Of a DNA stretch of 64,000 nt, positions 28,801-38,300 are shown one piece after another (position 1 is the first letter of the stretch; each line of letters opens with the position of its first letter). The notes under the pieces are model-generated. The model searched no databases and was not told where the DNA came from. It saw only the letters and a program-made list of their open reading frames with translations. The translations under genes were made by a program, and so were the position numbers. The DNA is taken from NCBI GenBank assembly GCA_963674695.2, contig CAXXGI010000003.1, positions 128,001-192,000 on the forward strand. The letters are read 5' to 3'. The stretch is from a bacterium. Lineage in GTDB: Bacteria > UBA10199 > 2-02-FULL-44-16 > JAAZCA01.

Positions 28801-29347
28801 ACAGAAAGATCTCGAGGGGGTAGACTTCAAATTCGCCAACGTGACGCGTGTGAATACACAGCTCGCCGTGCACAAAGACGCCAAGCACGTCGCACTCGTG
28901 GCCACAGGTGCGGGTGATGATATGCTCTGCGATATCGCGACACCCTACAAGACGGGCTGGGGTCTGGGCAGTCCGGATGTGACGCCCGATGGACATACGC
29001 TTGATAAGAAGAATCCGACGATGTCGGCCGGTGAGTTTGCTGCAGTTCAGCTCTACAACAAGGCCCTCATCGCACAGGCCAAAGGGGAGGACCCTGCCGA
29101 GGTGGAGCGCTATCACCGCATGGCCCATGCCCTGTCTCCGGATATCGTTCCGGAGGATATGCCCGGCTCCGACAAGAAGGCCGCAGCGGCGATCACCAAC
29201 GGCGTCAGCGATGTCGACGACGATGCCGATGCATCGGCATCGAAGAAGAAACCATCCGCCGCCGAAAGCGACCGCATCCCCGCACCCCCGGGCTTTCAAT
29301 ACAACGACGCCGGCCAACTCATAAAAATCCGCCGCCTCGACGTCTAG
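25877..29347 (+). CDS. large hypothetical protein (1156 aa) with a C-terminal transglutaminase-like Cys-His-Asp domain
   Basis: G/M/Q-rich N-terminus; GECTERTAFLYAL...HVALV...LCDIA near the C-terminus followed by a TPR-like helix pair; domain call is from motif resemblance only. Confidence 0.72.
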   Translation: MGNNPLGINNFQLRPFEESLRNTLYGEKAKANTPSEESNGFDCSGSRAFLQNMGIMGGQNFQMNGLHGQDPSNEWFPGRKGQQQLPGGAGIMGANVFGNMGMPNYAQAFLGGQGGNALMSGGMMAGGLGAPQIIQTPMPQPAQGSITPQPSSLNFTAKEADPEDEKDAKALEDARNAYADLQKDWERRAGDKDEYGYSGDEAKEFVERAAGAALERAQKIVGDGDEKALIIQQHKIFDGIMKKLPSFTLPEPSAEQVAAWEKDGLDVEAETTKMQDAHREEWTTDLTKWEVEQIEDYNAIDGNKAVKAVRQSAMDPDTSVKKKAEPIEVEVKRSKGWGKKVSEPSYIITKAPEGSGLKGGDYVFYKADGTWVKASSNDSTTARIGTEIEVLKDSPKPSTDPNATATLKMEGPEEEAADTNTDSYFDVEYAGVREIVVEEGGKKRTVQAEVYTVTGGMLASGKPVDPKSVNDEVYKVDGKWYADPVTRPDVNTIKPFSESDPDSPTPKHAANEGRLYFNRASARHLPEGAMYKDVRGHIDTALQGLEKEAAEKKKIRQDRYKVFEEQFKESLPEDVQDLVTVKMDDDGTVQITCSPEHAAQVHTAMKREGEVDALEKMTCTLTKDGKPDGVVTKYILSPVPSSGPLEGTKYLYYDTESEAWFTDADALLDVADLDVKIPKMGEEAKTSVSFDVDTKGETLKPVDNKKMKSAFAALPDKTPVRFNDELMTPGADPKAALAKEAHEAPRVIHIDSEAMDSGLKAAKKPDAIGKVLALAVDDAKGDAKNLESINLGTIALPTKKDGGVITQSEFEGIIAKIAKEHDINPSQVKYTIKDKTAFKKAEAPTGEMLTTSGADFGDGVKVDWKLPVETQKAFEKDYGKIQKDADARFKEMKADAKNPSPEKIVELKKRATVEAITMWAYTYAKERGWEGHEDNEGEALSLYDNLSSDKPLGECTERTAFLYALMKHAQEEGVLQKDLEGVDFKFANVTRVNTQLAVHKDAKHVALVATGAGDDMLCDIATPYKTGWGLGSPDVTPDGHTLDKKNPTMSAGEFAAVQLYNKALIAQAKGEDPAEVERYHRMAHALSPDIVPEDMPGSDKKAAAAITNGVSDVDDDADASASKKKPSAAESDRIPAPPGFQYNDAGQLIKIRRLDV

Positions 29348-29376
29348 CACCCAGCGACACAAACGTGCAAAACCCA

Positions 29377-29479
29377 ACCACCACGAACGGCCTTCGCAGT
29401 GGTCGCCTACGCCCACTTTTCCGCATGCACCGACACAAACGTGCAAAACCGTACCACCACGAACGGCCTTCGTGCTGGT
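29377..29479 (+). repeat. RAYT-associated hairpin pair, left flank
   Basis: accaccacgaacggccttcg(cag/tgc)tggt at 29377 and 29453 (76-nt spacing). Confidence 0.8.
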
Positions 29480-29535
29480 TGGTGGTGACCACTTTTGCAG
29501 CAGCACTGCTGCGTTTTTCGGCACCCCTAAAACCC

Positions 29536-29581
29536 TAACCCGTTGATTTACAAGGGTGTGTGCATTGGCCTGTTTCTTGCT
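29536..29581 (+). promoter_or_regulatory. IHF-consensus site plus sigma54 promoter upstream of the transposase
   Basis: Minus strand AATCAACGGGTTA (29536-29548) matches WATCAAN4TTR; TGGCCTGTTTCTTGCT at 29566-29581 matches -24/-12. Confidence 0.6.
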
Positions 29582-29609
29582 TTTGTCAGCGCGTATGAAA
29601 GGAGGAGGG

Positions 29610-30281
29610 ATGAAGACTATCGAAGAGAAGGGAGAGACCATACACTATCATGTGATTGCGCGGTGTAACAACCGAAGGAGGCGACTGAAGGGGAAGAAGG
29701 ACTGCTATCGGTTCCTTGCGTATCTCAAGGAATACATGTCGAAATACAGTGTCATCATTCATGAATACGTGATCATGCCGTCGCATGTACATATGATTCT
29801 CCAGGTCTTATCGGAGGAGCGCCTCGCCGCGTACATGCATGATGTCTGTCTCGCTTTTTCGCGGTTTTATAACCGAAATCATAATCGAAGGGGACACTTC
29901 TGGAAAAGGCCGTTTTGGCGTCGGCCTATATTGGATGATCGATATGCCATCTGTTGTCTCCGCTATCTTCATCGCAATCCTTTGGTCGCGGGCTTAATCG
30001 GGAAAGCCGAGGATTGGCCGTGGAGCGCGTGTGCAACCTATACGCGGGGAAGATCTAATAAGCTCATTGAGCTTCATCCTTCTTACGGTTTGTTTGGAGG
30101 CACGTTGGAGGAGCGACGGGCGTCGTGGAGAGACATTTTGGCATCGGATCACATTCCCATCGAAGCGGAAAGGATGGTCTTTGATGGACGTGTCAAAACA
30201 GGATCACGAAGATACCGCGCTGCCTATAACGTGGTGACAACAGCGATGATGACGCATCTCTTTCAACGAACGTATCGGTGA
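29610..30281 (+). mobile_element. REP-associated tyrosine (HUH/Y1) transposase, RAYT
   Basis: YHVIARCNN, IMPSHVHM (HUH), GHFW, RYLHRNPLVAGL and WPWS motifs; lower GC; GGAGGAGG RBS; flanked by its own hairpin repeats. Confidence 0.9.
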
Positions 30282-30313
30282 TGCCGGCAGTTGCGCCAAA
30301 GTGGCAAAAACCA

Positions 30314-30416
30314 ACCACCACGAACGGCCTTCGCAGTGGTCGCCTTCGCCCACTTTTTAGCACGCAGTGGCAAAAACGTGCAAAATCGTACCGCCACAAA
30401 CGGCCTTCGTGTTGGT
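30314..30416 (+). repeat. RAYT-associated hairpin pair, right flank
   Basis: The same two hairpins at 30314 and 30390 (76-nt spacing), in direct orientation to the left flank. Confidence 0.8.
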
Positions 30417-30490
30417 CGTGGGTGACCATTTTTTGGCGTGGGGAAAAAAGCGTTGCTATGTGAACCGGGGGTGGCCTAGAGTGCCGGGCC

Positions 30491-31738
30491 ATGGAATGGA
30501 TCATCCCTCTCATCGCCGCTCTGGCGGGTCTCATTGTCGGTGTCGGCGTTCTCTTCATCATTTATAGTCGTCGTTTGAAGGCGTTGGCCGACGCGCGCAG
30601 TGCTATCGAGATCGAGCTGCGCGTTGCCGAGGGGCGCCTGGGCGATGCGCAGCAACAGATGGAGCGCCTGCGCGACGATCATCGCCGTGTCCTGGAGAAT
30701 CTCAAGACCACCTTCAAAGGCGTCTCCGCCGATGTGCTGAAAGAAAGCCGCGAGGAGTTTCTGGCGCAGGCCACACCGAAGCTTGGCGAGCAGATCCGTC
30801 CGTTGGCCGAGGCGCTCGCGCGCTATGATGTGGCCATCCGTGATATCGAGAAGGACCGCAAACAAGCCTATGGCGGGCTCTCCGAGCTGATGCGCCACAT
30901 GCAGGAAGGTCAGCAGCAGCTCACCGATCGCACCGGGTCGCTCGTGGCGGCGCTCAAATCCTCGCAGGCGCGCGGCCGCTGGGGCGAGATGACGCTCAAG
31001 CGCGTTGTCGAGATCGCCGGCATGGTCGAGCACTGCGACTTCGAGGAGCAGGCGACCGTGCTCGGCAACGAGGGGCGCCAACGCCCCGACCTGACCGTGC
31101 GCATGGCGGGCGGCCGCACGATCGTCGTCGACGCGAAGGCGCCGCTCGACGCCTATATGGTCGCGATGGAGACCACCGACGAGCAAGCCCGTGCCACCGC
31201 GATGGCGGCTCATGCGCAGGCGGTGCGCGATCACATCAAGGCGCTCAGCCAGCGCGCCTACTGGAAGCAGTTCGAGAACACGCCAGATTTTGTCATCATG
31301 TTCATCCCCGGCGAATCCTTCTTCTCCGCCGCGCTCGAGCAGGATCACACGCTCATCGAGGATGGCATGAAGAGCCGCGTGATGTTGGCCACCCCCACGA
31401 CCCTTATCGTCATGCTGCGCTCGGTCGCCATGGGATGGAAGCAGGAGGCGATGGCCGAGAACGCGCAGAAGATTTCCGAGGCGGGAAAGACGCTCTTCGA
31501 ACGCGTTTCAACGTTTGCCAAACACTTGAACGGCGTCGGCCGCGGACTCGAAGGCGCGCTGAAACTCTTCAACAAGGCCGTCGGTTCCTGGGAGAGCCGC
31601 GTCATCCCCGGCGCACGCACGCTCCGTGAACTGGGGGCGACCAAAGAGACCGACGCCGCGCTCCCCGAGATCGAACCGGTCGAGACGCTCCCGCGCGAAC
31701 TGCCCGCCCCCGAAGGGGAAGAGGCCATTCCTTCCTAA
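30491..31738 (+). CDS. rmuC: DNA recombination protein RmuC
   Basis: N-terminal TM plus coiled coil, RGRWGEMTL, RPD, VDAKAPL, DFVIMFIPGE, ATPTTL. Confidence 0.93.
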   Translation: MEWIIPLIAALAGLIVGVGVLFIIYSRRLKALADARSAIEIELRVAEGRLGDAQQQMERLRDDHRRVLENLKTTFKGVSADVLKESREEFLAQATPKLGEQIRPLAEALARYDVAIRDIEKDRKQAYGGLSELMRHMQEGQQQLTDRTGSLVAALKSSQARGRWGEMTLKRVVEIAGMVEHCDFEEQATVLGNEGRQRPDLTVRMAGGRTIVVDAKAPLDAYMVAMETTDEQARATAMAAHAQAVRDHIKALSQRAYWKQFENTPDFVIMFIPGESFFSAALEQDHTLIEDGMKSRVMLATPTTLIVMLRSVAMGWKQEAMAENAQKISEAGKTLFERVSTFAKHLNGVGRGLEGALKLFNKAVGSWESRVIPGARTLRELGATKETDAALPEIEPVETLPRELPAPEGEEAIPS

Positions 31739-31741
31739 GGG

Positions 31742-31876
31742 TGTCATTTCCGCAAGCCCAAGATTGTCATCCCCGCGAATGCGGGAATCTCGATTGTTAC
31801 GAAACATCGAGATCCCCGCCTGCGCGGGGATGACAAACAAGGCGGGAATGACAGGCTTGGGTCTGCGGGGATGACA
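31742..31876. repeat. REP cluster between the convergent rmuC and NAD kinase genes
   Basis: Inverted gtcatccccgcgaatgcgggaatc / gatccccgcctgcgcggggatgac pair plus partial copies. Confidence 0.8.
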
Positions 31877-31900
31877 AACAAAGCCCAGTTAAGAAAGAAA

Positions 31901-32719
31901 TTACAAAAACACGGAGAGGGTTTCTTTTGCGACGCCGATGCTCACGTTCACGCCGCGCGGAACGATCTGCATGCGGCGGGGTCCGTCGAAGTAGAGCCGG
32001 GCGTCGGTGATGGCGGAGATGAGTTTGATGCGCGCGCCGATGGGGCAGGTTCCGCCTAAAGATCGGAGCCGTGTATTCGGCAGGTGATACGGTTCGCGCA
32101 CGATGTATTGCAGGCGCTTCGAGGTGATGGGGAGCTTCTTGCCTCCGGCCGAACAGAGCGCTGCGGTCGAGCCGGGACCGGCGGCGAACCAGATGCCGGA
32201 GCTGCGCTGTTTCTCCGAGCGGTCCTTCACGCGAAGGGTATAGCGCACCATCTCCGCCGGCGATCGCGCGGCCAACAGGATGTCGTTGATGGCGCGATGG
32301 GGCAGACGCTTGCCCTCGATGCGTACATCGAGCAGCGGAAGTCGCGTCGGTCGATGCCTTCCCTCGAGGATGTCATCGAGATAGGCGCCGAAGGTCTTTG
32401 CCGTCGTTGCACAGTAGAATCCGATCGAATGCCCCGGCATGGAATTGACGCCGAGCACCGGCGTGCCGTTCGCATCGTGGGCGCCGGCCATGAACGTGCC
32501 ATCCCCCCCGATGGTGATGATGGCGTCCGCCTTCCAGCGCTGTCCCAGCTTTCGACGCGTGATGATACGACAGGCGATATCGCGGTGGGCGAGTTCGCGC
32601 TCGACGCGTTCGCGCGTCGTTTCATGCATGCGGCCCAGCTGCTCGAGACGCCGGGCATTGACGCCGGAGGTCCCCTGCAGGCTCCCTTTGAAGACGACGA
32701 GAACGGTGTTGAGTTTCAT
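31901..32719 (-). CDS. nadK: NAD(+) kinase
   Basis: IGGDGTF, LGVN, AINDI, SSG and GSTAA motifs; start at MKLNTV. Confidence 0.85.
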   Translation of the reverse strand: MKLNTVLVVFKGSLQGTSGVNARRLEQLGRMHETTRERVERELAHRDIACRIITRRKLGQRWKADAIITIGGDGTFMAGAHDANGTPVLGVNSMPGHSIGFYCATTAKTFGAYLDDILEGRHRPTRLPLLDVRIEGKRLPHRAINDILLAARSPAEMVRYTLRVKDRSEKQRSSGIWFAAGPGSTAALCSAGGKKLPITSKRLQYIVREPYHLPNTRLRSLGGTCPIGARIKLISAITDARLYFDGPRRMQIVPRGVNVSIGVAKETLSVFL

Positions 32720-32764
32720 AACGGTAATGTATACTACTGTCACTTCATCTTGCAAGGGGGGTTC

Positions 32765-33316
32765 GTGGGATTCTTTCGAAAGAAACCGCGGCGCATCGCG
32801 TTGTTCGGAGGGTCGTTCGATCCACCGCATATCGGGCACAGCGAGATCTGTCGGTGGTGTTTCAAACATAATCACTTCGACGAACTCTGGATCATCCCCT
32901 GTTACCACCATCCGCTCGGGAAACAGCTCATCTCGTTTGATGACCGTCTCGCCATGTGCCGACTGGCATTCGGAAAACTCAACCTCCCGCTCCAGGTCCT
33001 CGACGTCGAACGTCGGCTCGGCGGAAAGAGTCACACGCTGCGCACCATTTTACAGCTCATGGCCGATCATCCCGAGGATATCTTCACCCTCATCACGGGC
33101 GGCGATATCGACCGCGAGAAGAGGAAGTGGCACGAGTTTGAAAAGATTCACGACCTGGTCCAGATTGTCAGCATTCCTCGCGGCGAGCACTCGCCCATCC
33201 CCGATGTCAGTTCCACGCGCGTGCGCTGGCTGATTTCGGAAAACGAGTCCTTCACCGATCTCGTTGAAAAAGAGGTCGCCATCTACATCATCACCAAGAC
33301 GCTCTATCGGTCATGA
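32765..33316 (+). CDS. nadD: nicotinate-nucleotide adenylyltransferase
   Basis: FGGSFDPPHIGH, SHT, GGD and VSSTRVR motifs; GTG start. Confidence 0.92.
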   Translation: MGFFRKKPRRIALFGGSFDPPHIGHSEICRWCFKHNHFDELWIIPCYHHPLGKQLISFDDRLAMCRLAFGKLNLPLQVLDVERRLGGKSHTLRTILQLMADHPEDIFTLITGGDIDREKRKWHEFEKIHDLVQIVSIPRGEHSPIPDVSSTRVRWLISENESFTDLVEKEVAIYIITKTLYRS

Positions 33317-33326
33317 AGATCCATGT

Positions 33327-33485
33327 CTGCATGAGAACAACGTTCATCCGACTCCTCGAGCGGCTTCTTCGAGCAGCGCGTTCGAAGCCTCTTATTCTGC
33401 GCTGCGAGAAGAGCAGGTGACGAACCGGCGTGTGAGGTGAGGACCCGTAAGCGAGAGGAGTCGGATGAACGTTGTTCTCATGCAG
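33327..33485 (-). mobile_element. 159-bp fold-back element (perfect 31-bp terminal inverted repeat, internal hairpins)
   Basis: ctgcatgagaacaacgttcatccgactcctc at 33327-33357 is the exact reverse complement of 33455-33485. Confidence 0.75.
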
Positions 33486-33494
33486 CAGCGGCAC

Positions 33495-35246
33495 TTATCG
33501 GCCGATCGAGAATCCCAGCATTCCCATCGGTTCGATCTGATACCCCTTCGGAAAGAGTTTGTGCGCCATCACCCGTCCGCCAAAGATGATGCCGGAGCCC
33601 GACTCCTTTCCGTTGAAGGGGATGATGAAGTCGAAGCCAAACATGCCGCCGACGCCATTTTTGGCGTCTTCGCCACCGCCGAAGACGGTCTTGGTCGACA
33701 GCCCCAGCGACGCGCGCGTGTAGGGCGTTGGCACCCACTGCATGCCCAAGACCGAATCGATATCGGTGTTGGTGTGTGCATCGCGATACGTTTTGTCCTG
33801 CGTCGGATGATTGGCCATGTTGTCCAGCGAGAGCTGTGGCGAGGACATGATCGATTCGGTGAAGAACTGCCATTTGGACGTGGGGAAGTCGGCCATCGAT
33901 TTGTGCACGACGACCGCGGCACGCATGCCTCGCTTCGAGCCGAAGACTCCCGAGATACCGTAGGCATAGTCGGTGCGCTCGATCGTGTTGCGTCCCGTGG
34001 CGGCAGGTGAAAGGGCGATGTTGGTGTTGGCGCCAAAGGCACCGGCGGCCAGCACATCGCTGCCCGTTCCCGCGCCGATGAGGCCGAAGACGGTGTTCAG
34101 TCCGAACATCGTTCCGTTGATCGCCGCTTCGCGCCAGGTGACCTCGGCATCGGTCATGTGCCGGCGTTTCTCCGAGGTGTGTGTTCCGGCGATGGCGTGG
34201 CCTAAGCCGCGTCCCACGCCGAAGAGATCGCTCACGCCCGCGCTCTTGCCCGCGTCTCCATCCGAGGCGAGAAAGCCGGCGCCGCCTGCCGCGTAGGCGC
34301 CCAGGAAGATCCAGTAGCCGATCGGTCCCGCGCGCAGCGGCACTTCCAAATCGTTGCCCATGGCCCCCATGAAGCTGGGAGCGGCCTGGATGATCGGCGT
34401 GTTCACCATGCTGCCGCGATCGTTCGATGCATTCAGCGTCTCTTCGCCGAGGTGGTCGGTCAGCGCGTCCATCGGGTCGTTCACCGCTGCATTCATCCCC
34501 CATCGCGAGACGAGTTTGTGGCCGAAGGTAAAGGCGCCCTGTGTCAGCCCCATCGCGCCCAGATCCCTGTCCGCTTCCGGACCGCCGCGCACGCTGCCGC
34601 AGCCGTAGCCGATGCTGAGTTGAAACATGAGCGAGAGGTTGATGCGATTGTGTTCGGAGCCCTCGCCGGAATACTGCACGCCGTAGTTGAATGCGGGCCC
34701 GACGGAAAAGGCCGCTCCGTTTCGTCCCCAGGGCTGAAACTCTCCGCGCAGCGCTGTTTCCGAACCGATGTCGAAGGTCTTTCCCACCTTCTTCCCGAAG
34801 GAGAGCGTTTCCTCGCCCAGATAGTCGCGATCCGGTTGACCGATGGTCGATTCGCCAAACCCGATGTACGGTTTCGTTTCCGTGTTGAGCGCCATGTCGA
34901 AGACGTCATGGCGATCGTAGTGCGCATGGCTGCGCTTGATCTTGCTGAAGGAAAGTGCCAGTCCCCAATGCGTATTCTCGGTGGTCGTTCCCTCGACGAA
35001 GTTCGAGGCGAGGTCGAGCTTGCCGCTGGTGGAGGCATAGTTGAACTTCAGCCCCAGGCCGAAGCGCTCGGTGAAACTCTCCGCCAGTTCATACTGCGCG
35101 CCCGCATCGATGCCCCAGCCTCCTTCGGAGACAGAGGTGTCCACCATCCACGCCGGAGCGAGCGTCACCGAAAAACCGGAGCGCTGCCCAAGCGATTCGG
35201 TCGCGGGCTTACGGCTGCGCTTTGGAACCAGAAGTGTTTCACCCAT
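33495..35246 (-). CDS. hypothetical protein with beta-strand-rich ends and a Gly-rich hydrophobic middle (possible membrane protein)
   Basis: Alternating-hydrophobic strands (GLGLKFNY, LSLMFQLSIGY, MLGFSIG) and Gly/Ala-rich helices; start set at MGETLL because the upstream sequence is repeat-derived. Confidence 0.7.
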   Translation of the reverse strand: MGETLLVPKRSRKPATESLGQRSGFSVTLAPAWMVDTSVSEGGWGIDAGAQYELAESFTERFGLGLKFNYASTSGKLDLASNFVEGTTTENTHWGLALSFSKIKRSHAHYDRHDVFDMALNTETKPYIGFGESTIGQPDRDYLGEETLSFGKKVGKTFDIGSETALRGEFQPWGRNGAAFSVGPAFNYGVQYSGEGSEHNRINLSLMFQLSIGYGCGSVRGGPEADRDLGAMGLTQGAFTFGHKLVSRWGMNAAVNDPMDALTDHLGEETLNASNDRGSMVNTPIIQAAPSFMGAMGNDLEVPLRAGPIGYWIFLGAYAAGGAGFLASDGDAGKSAGVSDLFGVGRGLGHAIAGTHTSEKRRHMTDAEVTWREAAINGTMFGLNTVFGLIGAGTGSDVLAAGAFGANTNIALSPAATGRNTIERTDYAYGISGVFGSKRGMRAAVVVHKSMADFPTSKWQFFTESIMSSPQLSLDNMANHPTQDKTYRDAHTNTDIDSVLGMQWVPTPYTRASLGLSTKTVFGGGEDAKNGVGGMFGFDFIIPFNGKESGSGIIFGGRVMAHKLFPKGYQIEPMGMLGFSIGR

Positions 35247-35261
35247 AATTTGCTCGCGTGA

Positions 35262-35380
35262 TCGTGAGATGGTGAGATGGCTCAATCGCGAGATAGCCAA
35301 ATAGCAATTATACGATTTTGCCGTTAAGCCATCTCACCATCTCACCATTCAGCCATCTCACCAGTTTGCCATCTCACCAG
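35262..35380. repeat. inverted arrays of an 8-mer (GGTGAGAT / ATCTCACC)
   Basis: gtgagatggtgagatggct ... agccatctcaccatctcaccattcagccatctcacc. Confidence 0.75.
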
Positions 35381-38300
35381 TTAATCCATGATCGAAATCT
35401 GTCCGATGGCGTCGCGTTCGTTGAACGTGGCATCGAAGCAACGCGCGCCTTCGAAATCCTCCTCGCGTCCTTGCGGATCGCAGAGCCATCCGTTGAGGAC
35501 GACGAATATCATCACATCCTTGAACGCGAAGGAGAGGTCGTCGGATGATCCAAACTTGCCCGCCGTCACGAATGTGACCGCGCCCGTTTCCGGATCGACG
35601 TTGCGGCCGCGCATGTAGGCCGAGCCGCCGGTGAAGTCGTTGTCATCCTCCGGGCACCCCGCCGGGATCGTCGCCTCCGCATCCCGGAAGAGGAGTTCCT
35701 GCAGATATTTCCAGGAGCTGTAGCGCTTGCCGTTGATCATGGCATTCTGCGTGTTGTTCTCGCAGATGCCCGGCATGCCGGCCGCTTCGAGCTGCGGATC
35801 GTTCAGGTTGATCTTGAACTCCCCCTTGGCCAGGTCGATGCGCGTGTCCGGAAGCGTGTTCGGTTCCTCAGGATCCTCCTGGGGCTTGAGCACGTCCGTG
35901 GTGAACGACATTTGGAAGACCGCGTCCAGCGGCGGCTTGGGTCCGAGCGGTCCGCCCGGATTGTGAAAGTAGGTCGGTCCGAAGAAGCGCAGTCCCGCCT
36001 CCTCGAAGGTGATTGAGCCGTCGACGGAGTAATGGCCCGTGTTGATGTCCTGAAGGTTCTGTCGCTCGCCGATGCGGTTGCAGAGGTTTTCATATTCGCC
36101 ACCGGGCATCTCCTCTTTCGTGTGAAAGGCCGGGCTATCGTAGCGTCCGCCCGAGGCATAGAAGAAGGCACACGCACCGCGGCCATTCACGGCTCCCTCG
36201 TCGGTAAATACCTTCAGGCCCTCAGCGCTGCAGGGGTTGACCACCTCGCAGCTCGACGGATAGGCCGGCCGCTCGGCCGGTGGCGCCAGGGGCCCGGGAT
36301 AGGAGAGCGTCGTCGTGAAGATGCGCCATCCGTTCGCACGCGCGCCATCGGGCACGTTGGGAAAGTCATCGAAGATGCCGCGCTCGCCCGGGGCGAGTCC
36401 CGCATCGTGGAGCAGGCTCGCATAGTTGAAGAATGCCTCATCATCATAAGTATCATTCACCGGGTGCGTGTCCAACGCCCGGAAGATGGCGGTGCCACCG
36501 TCATCGGGTGTGGAGACCTTCTCCGTTCCGTCGATCGACATGATCGTCATCTCGTCGAACGGATCCAGGATGAAGGCGCTGGTGAAAACCTGGAGATCGC
36601 TCTCCTTCGCCGTTCCGTTTGCAAGGGCGCTCTCCATCTCGTCGCGTGAGGCGATGGAGGAGAGTCCTGGAAACTGTGGGTTGAGGATGGCGGCCATCGT
36701 TTGTGTGACACGCAGCACCATGTGCCCACGGAGCGGATCGATCGCGGCCAGGAGCGTTCCCGTCAGCTCCGCTTTGCGGGTGCTGCCATCCGGGTTGCGC
36801 GCCGGCACGTTCTGGGCGTCGAGCTCGAGTGCCTCGATCCGAATGGTCGCCCGATAGAGGTGCTTGAGTGGGGCGCCTTCGTCGCGGTGAAAGTTGACAC
36901 ATCCGAACAGCGGCATCGTCTCCGTCGAATAGGCGCCAGGGGCCATGTCGAATCCGGGAGGGGCGAGCGAGACGGGGGTGAGATCGAAGATCTCGTCGAT
37001 CATCTCGCCGCTGGTCTCGTCGATGATGGGCACGCTGCAGCGCATGCCCTTTCCCTCAGCGGGTTGCACCGCAGCGATCTTCTCCTTCGTATCAAACCAT
37101 TGGAAACTATCGGCGTCTTCGCCATCGATTGCGATGGCGGTGATGCGCAGCGTGTTCGCAGCGCTGTCGGCCACGCGCAGGAAGAGCGGCACCCCCAGAT
37201 CGGTGGTCGCGGCCGTCACGCCGCGGAAGGGGAAGGTGCGTCCGTTCGAGACGTACTTCGTGCCGATGCTCGTTTTGAAATAGAGTTCGAGCGACGGGGT
37301 CTCGGTGATGGTCGTTTTTCCCGTCACCACCGTCGTGATCGGGCCGCTTTCCGTCTCGATGGTGAGCATCGCCTTGTCGGTGGCGGCACTGCCCACGCCC
37401 GCTTGTCCGCCATCGTGGCCCACGAGGTCGGTCGGCTCATAGACGACCACGACATAGGCCGTCGTCTCGCGATATCCGGGCTGATAGGGGGGCAGCGTGA
37501 TCGGAAGTGTGGTCCCCTGAAACCCTTTTCCTTCGAGTGCACGCGCAACGCGGCTCGAGATGGCCTCAAATGAATCGGCGATGAAGATTGCGCCGTCGGG
37601 CACGCGGAACTGTTGCGGTGAGCGGCTCTCGTTCAGCTCGTCGATGTGCACGCTCGTGATCGTGAGGTCTTCGACCCCCTTGTTGCGGATGGCCAAGACC
37701 TGTTTCCGTGCCGGAAGCGCGGTTTCGCCCGTGCCCTTCAAATCGATGGTGAGCATCGGCGCGGCATCCGCTTCTATCGGTTGGCACTGATCATCGACTT
37801 CGCTCAAAGGACGCCCGGTCGTCGAAACCGGCAGGAGCTCGCAGGGCGTGCGCGAAGGATCGGGGCAGTCGGCACATTGGGTGAAAAGCTCGGCTTCACC
37901 GCACGTCTTTTTCTGACAATGAAAGAAGCGGCGCTCGGCGTTGGCCGTGACCGCAGCTGACCCGACCTCGACATCTTCGACATTCGGAGCGGTAACGCTC
38001 CCCGCTTCGTCGACCACATCAACGCTGCCCGCGCCTTGCTGGCTCAGCGCGACGCCGACGAGGGTGAATCCATCCGACCCGATCGAGAGCGTCTCCATCA
38101 CCTCGCCGGGTTCCGCATCGATGAGCGTTGGGCGGAAGATGACGGTGAGCGTGAGCGTCTGCTGCGGGCGCAGGGTTCCGGTGAGCGGATCCATCGACGA
38201 GAGATGAAAGGCGCCCTTGCGCGGGGGGATCTGATAATGCTGCGGTTGTGACGAGATGTTCTTCACCCGAAAGCGGGCGCTGGCTTCGAAGCGTTCGCCC

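Noticed and set aside
29355-30435. Possible mini-CRISPR or guide array around the transposase
   Set aside because: Only two units per side, with linkers conserved between sides; better explained as RAYT-associated hairpins
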